From NCBI GenBank assembly GCA_963745835.1, contig CAVUZH010000020.1, positions 96,001 through 160,000 of the forward strand: DNA of 64,000 bases, in the 5' to 3' direction. Positions 43,349 to 52,203 of the stretch are shown here, piece after piece (within the stretch, counting starts at the first letter, position 1; each line of letters begins with the position of its first letter). This stretch comes from an uncultured delta proteobacterium (GTDB lineage: Bacteria > Desulfobacterota > Binatia > UBA9968). The translations under genes were made by a program, and so were the position numbers. A model generated the notes under the pieces. That model had not been told where the DNA came from. It worked only from the letters and a program-made list of their open reading frames with translations, and did no database searches.

Positions 43349-43570
43349 TCAACTGAAATATTGCCTGGAAAGTTCTGAGGTTAGACCCAAATTGAGACTG
43401 TAGACATAGTACCTCAAACGCGCCCGAAAGTAAAGTCAAAAGTGTCCTCTAAACTAGTGATTTATTTGGAGAATATATTAATCTGCAGTCCCTCTACTGA
43501 AACCGCGCCGGAAGATGTGGAATTGCGCTGCCGTTGACAGCCCCGCGTCTCTAAGAGAAAAGGAAACCGC

Positions 43571-44278
43571 ATGAAGAGCATTGTCGCTGCGTTCAAATTT
43601 CTTACGTTTTTAGGCCGGTTTATACGCTTCCCGCCGAGCGCTCCGATGGTGGGTCAAGCGGCGGCGCTTTTCCCTATCGTTGGTTTAGTGCTCGGCTTGA
43701 GTTTAGCGCTGCTCGCGCGCGCACTTCAAAACTATGTGGATGTCGAAATTCTCAGCACGACGTTAGTGGCTTTTCTGGTACTAGCCACCGGCGCTCTTCA
43801 CCTAGAAGGCTTGAAGAAAACCTTCGATGCGCCAGGGGTAAGGCCAAGCGCAGGGAGCGAGTCATCGAGCAGCGCTGTTGGGATTGTTGCGATCCTTGTC
43901 GTGATCCTTTTCAAAATTAAGGCCATCGATATTCTAGAAGAAAAGCTCACACTCGCATTACTCCTCACGCCTGTAATGGCGCGTTGGGCGATGGTCGTTT
44001 TCATCTACGGCTCATACCGCCACAGCGAAGGGGAGGCCAGTATTATCGCGGCAAACGTCAGATTCTGGCACGTTGCGTTTGTAACGATTGCGACACTCGC
44101 GCCGGCAAGTTACTTACTCGGCCGCAACGCCCTTTGGATCGGGCTTTCTCTTTCGATTCTGAGCCTGCTTTGTCGAGCTCTGTTCCACAAGCAAACCGGC
44201 GCGCTGACCCGTGACAACTACGGCGCCGTGGTCGAAGGGAGCGAAGCCTTGAGCCTGGTTCTGATGGCATCCCTCTGA
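43571..44278 (+). CDS. CobS-like membrane protein with degenerate catalytic motifs
   Basis: AF.FLT, FP.VGL.LG, TGALH, P..ARWAM fit the CobS fold, but it has HLEGLKKTFD and ALTRDNYGA in place of HLDGLxDTxD and GGxTGDxxGA. Confidence 0.75.
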   Translation: MKSIVAAFKFLTFLGRFIRFPPSAPMVGQAAALFPIVGLVLGLSLALLARALQNYVDVEILSTTLVAFLVLATGALHLEGLKKTFDAPGVRPSAGSESSSSAVGIVAILVVILFKIKAIDILEEKLTLALLLTPVMARWAMVVFIYGSYRHSEGEASIIAANVRFWHVAFVTIATLAPASYLLGRNALWIGLSLSILSLLCRALFHKQTGALTRDNYGAVVEGSEALSLVLMASL

Positions 44279-44286
44279 GTTTCAGA

Positions 44287-45171
44287 ATGTCCGACATGGA
44301 ACTCTTCACTCCGCTTTACCCGGTTGTTCCAGTATTTGTGCTAATCACCATTGGCTTTTGCTTCGCCCATTGGAAGAAAATCACTCTGCTTCCGATCACG
44401 GAGCTGATTGTTTACTTGGGGACGCCTTCTCTGGTGTTTACCTCTTTGGCTAGTAAACCGATCTTGATAAACGATATCCTTGTCTTAGCAGGCGGCGTTC
44501 TTTTAATCTTTATCGGTGTAGGATTTCTGATCCGGCTCTACTTCTCTTTGTTTCGATTCAGCTCCCGCGGTTTTGCTTTACCCGTGTTGTTCATGAACGC
44601 GGGCAATATGGGCATTCCACTGGCACTGTTCGCCTTCGGCGAGCCCGGCATGCAACGTGCCACGTTGATGTTTGTGATCATTACGTTTCTGCAATACTCG
44701 CTGGGCATTTACCTGTTGAGCGGGCGCGGCAACTGGAGCGAGATTTTTCGTTTGCCGTTGATCTACGCAACCATTGCCGGTTTAGGCTTGAACCTTAGCC
44801 GGATGACGATTCCGGAACTGCTCTTCCAACCAATATCGATGCTCGGTCAAGCAACCATTCCAATAATGCTTGTCAGCCTGGGATACCGCCTGCATGAATT
44901 TCAGTCGTTTAAATGGCGCCACGCCTTTGGCGGCGCTCTTGTTCGGATATTCGGTGGGTTTATGACGGCGGCTATCGTGGTTCAATTGATCGCTGCCGAA
45001 GGCGTCAATCGCCAGGTATTGCTGCTTTACGGCGCTCTCCCGGCAGCAGTGATCAATTTCGTGCTCACCGAAAAGTATGGCAAGGATCCGGAGCTCGCTG
45101 CCTCCATAGTCGTTTTGAGCACTTTCATTTCAGTGGTCACGATCCCGATTGTATTTTGGTTGATCCTTTGA
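44287..45171 (+). CDS. AEC (auxin efflux carrier) family transporter
   Basis: PSLVF, NAGNMGIPL...FG, PLIYA, ATIPIMLVSLG, LPAAV, ST.ISVVTIP. Confidence 0.88.
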   Translation: MSDMELFTPLYPVVPVFVLITIGFCFAHWKKITLLPITELIVYLGTPSLVFTSLASKPILINDILVLAGGVLLIFIGVGFLIRLYFSLFRFSSRGFALPVLFMNAGNMGIPLALFAFGEPGMQRATLMFVIITFLQYSLGIYLLSGRGNWSEIFRLPLIYATIAGLGLNLSRMTIPELLFQPISMLGQATIPIMLVSLGYRLHEFQSFKWRHAFGGALVRIFGGFMTAAIVVQLIAAEGVNRQVLLLYGALPAAVINFVLTEKYGKDPELAASIVVLSTFISVVTIPIVFWLIL

Positions 45172-45223
45172 CCATTCCTATGCGCCCGGCTCATCACTCC
45201 AGCCATTCAATGATCAACTATTG

Positions 45224-45252
45224 TTGACAATTTCCAGCTCACCAGGTAGTTT
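45224..45252 (+). promoter_or_regulatory. Sigma70 promoter upstream of riboswitch 1
   Basis: TTGACA-17 nt-TAGTTT. Confidence 0.6.
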
Positions 45253-45259
45253 CCGCGAC

Positions 45260-45435
45260 ATCAGTCCGGTGCTCTAAGGTCAAAGGGAAGGCCGGTGCGA
45301 ATCCGGCGCGGTCCCGCCACTGTAATCGGGTAAGGTCTTTCGCTCAAGCCACTGTCCTGTGCGTTATCGCAGGATGGGAAGGCGTGAAAGGCAGGAGGAA
45401 AGCCTCTCCATACTCGTAAGCCAGGAGACCTCCTT
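45260..45435 (+). ncRNA. Cobalamin riboswitch 1
   Basis: AAAGGGAAGGCCGGTGCGAATCCGGCGCGGTCCCGCCACTGT ... GCCACTG ... GGGAAGGC ... AGCCAGGAGACCT (B12 box); boundaries approximate. Confidence 0.95.
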
Positions 45436-45516
45436 CGAGCCATAAACCGGCCTCTCCGGAAGAGAGAGAAAGGTTTTCATGTATTTTCCCGAATCCCTCA
45501 ATGCCGCTGAGCAGTG

Positions 45517-46311
45517 ATGATCAGATCGGCCTCATTTTTTATTCTGTCTCTCGCTTTACACGCCACCGCATTGGTTTATCCCGTTTCTTTTCGTGGTAAA
45601 GGCCAGGTCGAGACCATTCAGGTAAAGATTCTGCCGATGGAGCAAGAAGCCGGCCGCGCTCAGGGCATTAGCGGAAATCAAGCGCCAAGGACCGATCGGA
45701 AATCGCGCCGCAACAGACCGTCTGCGGTTGGGCCAAAAGTCGAATCAAAGGTAAGCGCCGGTCCAGACTCACATGATCGACAGATTGAAGCGCCAACAAA
45801 GTTGGGCGACAGCAGCTCTACGTCACTTGCGGCAATCGAAAACTCTCCAGAGGCTGACGATATTAGGATGTCAGAATCGGCCGGCAATCACTTGCACAGC
45901 TACAGCACAGGTGGAATCAGAGATGGCATCGGAATCGGCAACGGCGGTGAAGCTTCGGCATCCTCCGGCACGGGCTCCGGACGCGGAAATGGTAGCGGAT
46001 CAGGGTCATCGGGTAATATCAGCACAGTAAGTCAAGCGCGCTATCACGATACGCCCAAACCGAATTATCCGGAAATCGCCCGCCGAGAGGGCCGGCAGGG
46101 CCGCGTGCTACTGCGCGTCCTTGTCGACGAACAAGGCCGAACCAAGACATTGGAGGTAACCAGCAGTTCCGGCAACGAAGCGTTGGACCGCGCCGCCGCC
46201 GAGGCAGTCAGACGATGGCATTTTCATCCGGCGCGCTACGACGATAAGGCCGTCGAGAGCTGGCTGCGGATTCCCATCGAGTTTCGGCTCGCGGATGCGA
46301 AATCTTGGTAA
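45517..46311 (+). CDS. tonB: Energy transducer TonB
   Basis: N-terminal TM SLALH, Gly/Ser-rich linker, PNYPEIARREGRQGRVLLRVLVDEQG, SSG...LDRAA.EAVRRW.F.PA. Confidence 0.88.
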   Translation: MIRSASFFILSLALHATALVYPVSFRGKGQVETIQVKILPMEQEAGRAQGISGNQAPRTDRKSRRNRPSAVGPKVESKVSAGPDSHDRQIEAPTKLGDSSSTSLAAIENSPEADDIRMSESAGNHLHSYSTGGIRDGIGIGNGGEASASSGTGSGRGNGSGSGSSGNISTVSQARYHDTPKPNYPEIARREGRQGRVLLRVLVDEQGRTKTLEVTSSSGNEALDRAAAEAVRRWHFHPARYDDKAVESWLRIPIEFRLADAKSW

Positions 46312-46344
46312 CTGTTTTTAGGAGGTTCATAGACAAGTTTAGTA

Positions 46345-46552
46345 ACCGCAGACGGATGTAAGGGAAAGAGGTGACCTGAAGAATGAAGGGCGAAAGATTT
46401 CCGCTTTCAGCTTTCATACTTCATCTTCTTAGGAAGTCCTCTGCTGCCCCGCAACTGTAAGGGCCACGAAAGCCGCACGCACTAGCCACTGTCCTTAAAG
46501 GATGGGAAGGCGCGGTGATTAGGGTAAAGCCCGAGCCAGGAGACCTATCCGA
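46345..46552 (+). ncRNA. Cobalamin riboswitch 2 with a ~59-nt hairpin insertion
   Basis: AGGGAAAGAGGTG[insert]AAGTCCTCTGCTGCCCCGCAACTGT ... GCCACTG ... GGGAAGGC ... AGCCAGGAGACCT; SD-sequestering hairpin CCCCTTT/AGAAGGAGGG before btuB. Confidence 0.9.
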
Positions 46553-46591
46553 CTGTCTGACATTCCCCTTTCGCGGGAGAAGGAGGGTTCC

Positions 46592-48508
46592 ATGAAAGTC
46601 TGTTTACTTTTCTTGTTTCTCGTTTTGTTTTGCTTCTCTACATTGCCTGCCGCCGAACCGCCTGAGCCAGTCTTACCTCCAGTGTTTGTAACTTCAACGC
46701 GCACGGAAATTCCGTTGGAGCAAGTCACAACATCGGCGTCTGTAATCACCGCCAAGGATATTCAGGCTCAACAGGCAGAGACGGTCTTAGAGATACTGCG
46801 CAGTGTCCCTGGCTTAGACGTGGTGCAGACAGGTTCGCGGGGCACCACTGCCAGCGTCTTCATTCGCGGATCCGAGTCCGATCATGTTTTGGTTCTGATC
46901 GATGGTGTCGAGGTTAACAGCACGACTCTCGGCGCTTTCAACTTTGCTCACCTGACGACGGAAAATGTCGAAAGGATAGAAATTCTTCGAGGCGCCGGTG
47001 GAACGCTCTATGGCTCGCAAGCCATCGGTGGAGTCATCAACATCATCACAAAAAGAGGAAGTGGACCGGTCGAAGCGGGCATCTCGCTTGAAGGTGGTAA
47101 CGGATGGACAAACCGCCAAGTTCTGACCCTGCAAGGTGAGGCCGGAAAACTTGGTTACTCCTTCAGCGCTGCGCACATCGATAGTGATGGTTTTCGCAAG
47201 GTCAATGACGACTATCGAAACCTGTCCACCTCGGCCCGTCTTGATTATAGATTGACTGAGGATATGGGTCTCAAAGGAATCTTCCGCTTTGCCAAGACCG
47301 ACGTCGGGTTGTTCAACAATAACAACTTCGCCTCGCAGCCGGATCCAAACGCTCGCGAGGCCACTACGCAATACCTCGGCAAGTTGGAATGGGAGCAGAA
47401 CATTTTTAAGAACTGGGATTATCGAATCTCCGGATCGCTGTTCAAAGAAAACATAAAAGACACCGACGACATCGACGACTGCACTTTCCTTGAATTTCCT
47501 TGCGATCCCCAACGAACCGTCGATCGCTTCCGTCCACGGACCGATAGCGGAGAATTTCAGACGAATTATCGCTTCGACGATTGGAGCACGACGACTTTCG
47601 GCGTGGAATATAAACGCAGGTCCGCAGATACCAGCGACGGCATAGACGAAGGGATCAGAAATATGGGGTACTACTTGCAGGAACAACTGCAATTTCTCGA
47701 CAAGCGCCTGATCATGATTCCCGGCATCCGGCTGGACGACAATGAGAGCTTCGGCACCGAGTGGACGCCATCTGTTTCGGCGGCGTACCTTTTTCGCGAG
47801 ATCGGCACCAAATTAAAGGCTGGCTACGCCAAAGGGTTTAAGGCGCCGACTTTGAACGAGTTGTTCTTCCCTCCGGCTTTCGGCTGCCCGGCATTCGGCA
47901 ATCCAAATCTCGATCCGGAAAAAAGCTGGGAATTGAACGCGGGAGTCGAGCAAGACGTTTTGGCTGACCGCATCAAGATGGGAGCAACGTATTTTCACCG
48001 TGAAGTAAAGGATTTGATCGAGGGGCGGCCGATTCCCGATGATCCCTCCGGTTGTTTCCGTGCCGTCAACGTCGGCAGCGCGCGCTTTGACGGTGTGGAG
48101 ACGATGTTGCGAATCCAGATCTTTGCGCCTCTTTCCTTGGACACCCAATATACGTTTCTAAACTGGAACACCGCCGGTGGCATACTGCCGCGCCGGCCGA
48201 AACATCGCGGCAGCGTCAGCTTGAACTATTTGCAGGATGGTTTGAACGTGAATATTGCGGCCAAGATCGTCGGGCGGCGCGACGACTTCCGCGCTGCGTC
48301 TCCCTTCGGCAACACGACATCGCCGGGTTATGCGCGCGTAGACCTCGCCTCTTCTTATGCGCTCCCCTGGCGCACGGCTTGGGTCAAGCAAACCAGCGTG
48401 TTTGGCAAAATTGAGAATCTGTTTAACAAGAAATACGAAGAAGTGGATGGGTTTCGCGTCCGCCCGTTTAATTTCTTACTTGGCATGCGTGCGACTTTCG
48501 GCAGTTAA
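46592..48508 (+). CDS. btuB: TonB-dependent cobalamin receptor
   Basis: VFVTSTR, IRGSESDHVLVLIDG, ERIEILRG...LYGS.AIGGVINIIT, NPNLDPEKS, ENLFNKKYE; under a B12 riboswitch. Confidence 0.9.
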   Translation: MKVCLLFLFLVLFCFSTLPAAEPPEPVLPPVFVTSTRTEIPLEQVTTSASVITAKDIQAQQAETVLEILRSVPGLDVVQTGSRGTTASVFIRGSESDHVLVLIDGVEVNSTTLGAFNFAHLTTENVERIEILRGAGGTLYGSQAIGGVINIITKRGSGPVEAGISLEGGNGWTNRQVLTLQGEAGKLGYSFSAAHIDSDGFRKVNDDYRNLSTSARLDYRLTEDMGLKGIFRFAKTDVGLFNNNNFASQPDPNAREATTQYLGKLEWEQNIFKNWDYRISGSLFKENIKDTDDIDDCTFLEFPCDPQRTVDRFRPRTDSGEFQTNYRFDDWSTTTFGVEYKRRSADTSDGIDEGIRNMGYYLQEQLQFLDKRLIMIPGIRLDDNESFGTEWTPSVSAAYLFREIGTKLKAGYAKGFKAPTLNELFFPPAFGCPAFGNPNLDPEKSWELNAGVEQDVLADRIKMGATYFHREVKDLIEGRPIPDDPSGCFRAVNVGSARFDGVETMLRIQIFAPLSLDTQYTFLNWNTAGGILPRRPKHRGSVSLNYLQDGLNVNIAAKIVGRRDDFRAASPFGNTTSPGYARVDLASSYALPWRTAWVKQTSVFGKIENLFNKKYEEVDGFRVRPFNFLLGMRATFGS

Positions 48509-48582
48509 ATCCGTGAAGCTGATTCAACGGAAAGCCGGTCGGACCCGTTACGTGGCAAGATCAATATCTGAATCTTAGCCGA

Positions 48583-48885
48583 ATGATCGCCGTTACCGTG
48601 ACCATCGATTTTGGTTCGGCGCCGCGTCAACCGTTGGAAGCGACGGTTACCTTGACTCACCGCAGCACGGTATTGGATGCGTTACAGATGGCAGCTCCAG
48701 TGGTCACTTCGTACAAGTTTGGCATGGATCATTTCGTCGAGGAGATCGATGGAATTAAAAATGACTTTGCTCGCGATCTCGGCTGGCATTTCGAGGTCAA
48801 CGGCTATCGTTCCAATATTCCTGCGGAGCGATACCTGATCAAAGACCGCGACTGGATCAAGTGGATCTACCTATCGGAAGTTTGA
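48583..48885 (+). CDS. DUF4430 / transcobalamin C-terminal-like domain protein
   Basis: TVLDAL, FVEEIDG, GWHFEVNG, A.RY.IKD.D.I.W.Y. Confidence 0.72.
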   Translation: MIAVTVTIDFGSAPRQPLEATVTLTHRSTVLDALQMAAPVVTSYKFGMDHFVEEIDGIKNDFARDLGWHFEVNGYRSNIPAERYLIKDRDWIKWIYLSEV

Positions 48886-48901
48886 CGCTGGGGAAGCACG
48901 C

Positions 48902-50479
48902 GTGAGAAAAAATGCTTTGATGATGCTTGGAACCTCCTCGCATGTGGGAAAATCGATTCTCACGGCTGGCTTAGGTCGGGTCTTCGCGTATGACGGTTAC
49001 CGCGTGGCGCCCTTTAAGGCCCAGAATATGTCGCTCAATTCTGCAGCAACGCCGGACGGCGGTGAGATCGGCAGGGCCCAAGCGCTACAAGCCGAAGCCT
49101 GCCGGGCCATAGCATGCGTGGAGATGAACCCCGTTTTGCTCAAGCCGTCGACCGATACCGGCGCGCAGGTAATCTTCATGGGCAAGATCTGGGGACAAGT
49201 CAGCGCATCGGATTACCACACGCGACGCGTCGAGCAGCTCTTTCCCGAGGTGCTCGACGCGTATAAGCGTTTATCCGCAAGTTACGATCTCATGCTGCTC
49301 GAAGGAGCCGGCTCGCCCGCGGAAATAAATCTGCAAGAACATGACATCGTCAATATGCGCATGGCGCATGCGGCTGATGCGGCATGTTTGCTGATCGGGG
49401 ACATCGATCGCGGTGGCGTATTCGCTGCGATATTGGGCACACTGGAATTGCTCGCGCCTGAAGATCGCGCCCGCATCGGCGGATTCATCATCAACAAATT
49501 TCGCGGCGATGAGTCGCTTTTACGTCCGGGCGTGACAGCGATAGAAGAACGCCTGGGACTGCCATGCGTGGGCGTGGTGCCGTATCTTGCCGATCTCGGT
49601 CTCGATGAGGAGGACGGCGTTGCCTTGGAAGAGCGTCCTTCAGCCGCGCGCCGCTGGACGTCTCTCGAGTCGGCATCAGCACGACCGCTGCGCATCGGCG
49701 TCATCGCACTGCCGCACATGGCGAATTTCACGGACTTCGATCCTCTGGCGCTTGAGCCTTCTGTCTCGCTTGCCTTTCTCGAACATGCCGATGAAGCAAA
49801 AGCAGCCGACTTGCTGATATTGCCCGGTAGCAAACAAACTATTGACGATCTTCAGTGGCTCGAGCGGCGCGGGTTCGCTCACGCAATTCGACAGCTGCAT
49901 GAAAGCGCCGTGCCCATTATCGGAATATGCGGCGGCTTTCAGATGCTCGGTAGTTCTATCGAGGATCCGCAAGGCGTGGAGAGTCATGGGAATTCGGTTT
50001 ATCAAAAGGGACTCGACCTTCTGCCGGTGCGAACCGTCCTCCGGGCGGAAAAAACCGTCCGGCGTGTTCGAGGCTGTCTTCGGTTCGATCTTTTCGGCCA
50101 TCGGCTCTCTTACCAACCCCGCTTCGAAGGCTACGAGATCCACGTTGGAGAGACGCTTTATGAGGGCGGAGCGCAGCCTCTCGCCGAGATCACGTGCGAA
50201 GGGCTCTTCGCGGCGATCGACGACGGCGCCGTGGATGCGTCTGGCCGCGTTATAGGCACTTACGTACACGGCTTTTTCGACAATGACGATTTTCGCCATT
50301 CCCTGATTCAGGCCGCACGCGCTGCACTCGGTCTCAATCCGGCGCTGACATGGGTTTATGCCGCTGCTCAGCGCGAAGCACGAATCGAACGTTTGGCCAA
50401 TCAACTAAGGGAATCCCTAAACATAAATCTGATCAAAAGCTGGCTTGTCACTCCTTGCAAGCCGAAGGCGTCGCTATGA
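48902..50479 (+). CDS. cobQ: Cobyric acid synthase
   Basis: GTSSHVGKS, PFKAQNMSLNS, EGAGSPAEINL, GICGGFQMLG, GTYVHG. Confidence 0.96.
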   Translation: MRKNALMMLGTSSHVGKSILTAGLGRVFAYDGYRVAPFKAQNMSLNSAATPDGGEIGRAQALQAEACRAIACVEMNPVLLKPSTDTGAQVIFMGKIWGQVSASDYHTRRVEQLFPEVLDAYKRLSASYDLMLLEGAGSPAEINLQEHDIVNMRMAHAADAACLLIGDIDRGGVFAAILGTLELLAPEDRARIGGFIINKFRGDESLLRPGVTAIEERLGLPCVGVVPYLADLGLDEEDGVALEERPSAARRWTSLESASARPLRIGVIALPHMANFTDFDPLALEPSVSLAFLEHADEAKAADLLILPGSKQTIDDLQWLERRGFAHAIRQLHESAVPIIGICGGFQMLGSSIEDPQGVESHGNSVYQKGLDLLPVRTVLRAEKTVRRVRGCLRFDLFGHRLSYQPRFEGYEIHVGETLYEGGAQPLAEITCEGLFAAIDDGAVDASGRVIGTYVHGFFDNDDFRHSLIQAARAALGLNPALTWVYAAAQREARIERLANQLRESLNINLIKSWLVTPCKPKASL

Positions 50480-51192
50480 ACCGAGGCTTTATGGTTCGGG
50501 TGGAACAAGACGTCTTCATAGTTAGTTTTCTAACACCCGTGCGGGTATTAAGTTGGGCAGTTCTCAACGGCGGGTTTTGTTACGCCGATCACATTATCAA
50601 TCACCGAGTGCGCGGCAGCGATGGAGCTTTCTGCACCCAACCACGCTCATGGCTGCGGCGCGCTGCTGTAGATCTGGGACTTCACGGCAAGATCGTGGCG
50701 ATGGCGACTGCAGTAGAGATGGAGAACCTAAGCCAAGCTTCAATGTCCGGCGGCGGCGCCGAGGTGACATGTTTTGCGACTGTGGGTTGCGGCAATGGAC
50801 TGTCCGCAGGCGATCGGGCTTCGGTGGCGATGGAAGATCCGGCCCAAGCGTCTCTTCACACCATCAATATGATATTGACGGTTCAACCGGGTCTGTCGGA
50901 CGAAGCGATGGTCGAGGCTATTCAGGTCGCCACCGAGGGCCGCGTGCGCGCGCTCTACGAAGCCGGAATTCAGAGCTCGGCATCGAATCTCCTCGCCACT
51001 GGCACCGGCACTGACTGCATTGTCATTATTTCTCTCAATGCGGCGCGCAAAATCTATTGCGGCAAGCACACGAAGCTCGGCGAGCTCATCGGCCTGGCAG
51101 CATACTCCGCGGTGAAAAGGGGATTGACGCGAGGGGCTACCTGCAAAGGGTCAGCGCTGAAAACGAATGGCAAGCCTAAAATCGGAGAATGA
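50476..51192 (+). CDS. cbiZ: Adenosylcobinamide amidohydrolase
   Basis: LSWAVLNGG, MATA, ATVG.GN, HTIN, ATGTGTDC, GKHTKLGELIG. Confidence 0.88.
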   Translation: MNRGFMVRVEQDVFIVSFLTPVRVLSWAVLNGGFCYADHIINHRVRGSDGAFCTQPRSWLRRAAVDLGLHGKIVAMATAVEMENLSQASMSGGGAEVTCFATVGCGNGLSAGDRASVAMEDPAQASLHTINMILTVQPGLSDEAMVEAIQVATEGRVRALYEAGIQSSASNLLATGTGTDCIVIISLNAARKIYCGKHTKLGELIGLAAYSAVKRGLTRGATCKGSALKTNGKPKIGE

Positions 51193-51231
51193 GCAGTGTA
51201 GGCACATGGATCATAGGGTCAGAATAAAGCA

Positions 51232-52203
51232 TTGATGGACTGGCAACCTGTCTTAAGCTCCACGGCGGCGATGATCATCGGCGCCTTCCTTTTGGATCTC
51301 GCTACCGGCGATCCGCACTGGCTGCCCCATCCGGTGGTCCTGATGGGCAAGCTTATTGCCCACGCGGAATCGGCGGTGCGCACGGGAACAGCGCGGCATG
51401 ATTTTCTCGCCGGTATGGCTCTCTCACTCTCAGTGATCGCCCTCTCCTTCCTCGGAGCTTGGTCTCTGGTCGTTCTTTTTCGCATGCTGCCTTTCTGGTT
51501 TTATTTTATTTTTATCGCCGCACTCGCCTCGACCACCTTGGCAACGCGCGGGCTGCTCGACGCTGCTAAACGAATTGAAGCCTCTCTCGTCGCTGGCAAT
51601 GTTGCCACGGCCCGGCGTAAACTTTCTCACATCGTCGGCAGGGAAACGTCCAATCTGAATCAGGACAGGGTGATGCGTGCTACTCTGGAATCTTTGGCTG
51701 AGAGCACCTGCGATGGCATCATAGCGCCGCTCTTTTATCTTTTTCTCGGCGGCGTTCCGCTGGCGATGGCCTACAAAGCGGTCAGCACCCTTGATTCGAT
51801 GATCGGCTATCGGACAGAGCGCTATTTCTACTTCGGTAAATTTGCCGCGCGGCTGGACGACGCCGTCAATTTCGTCCCCGCCCGTCTAACCGCTTTCTTC
51901 ATGATCGTCGCGGCGCCGGCGGCGCGTCTCAATGCAGTACGAGCCCTGCATGCGGTATGGCGCGATCATGCCAACCATTTAAGCCCCAACGCGGGCTATC
52001 CCGAGGCGGCCCTGGCAGGGGCATTCGGCATCCGGCTCGGGGGTCCGAGTATTTATTTCGGCAAGGAAGTCCACAAGCCCTATATCGGCGATGACTTAAC
52101 ACCGGTTCGAATCAAAATGCTAAGGGAGGGACGTATCTTATGCCTGCTCACGGCGATTCTCTCGCTCGCGAGTTTCGCGCTACTGTCAACGATGCGCGAA
52201 TAA
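51232..52203 (+). CDS. cbiB: Adenosylcobinamide-phosphate synthase
   Basis: GDP..LPHPV, IVGRET, ESLAE..DGIIAPLFY, YKAVSTLDSMIGY, SPNAGYPEAA. Confidence 0.95.
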   Translation: MMDWQPVLSSTAAMIIGAFLLDLATGDPHWLPHPVVLMGKLIAHAESAVRTGTARHDFLAGMALSLSVIALSFLGAWSLVVLFRMLPFWFYFIFIAALASTTLATRGLLDAAKRIEASLVAGNVATARRKLSHIVGRETSNLNQDRVMRATLESLAESTCDGIIAPLFYLFLGGVPLAMAYKAVSTLDSMIGYRTERYFYFGKFAARLDDAVNFVPARLTAFFMIVAAPAARLNAVRALHAVWRDHANHLSPNAGYPEAALAGAFGIRLGGPSIYFGKEVHKPYIGDDLTPVRIKMLREGRILCLLTAILSLASFALLSTMRE

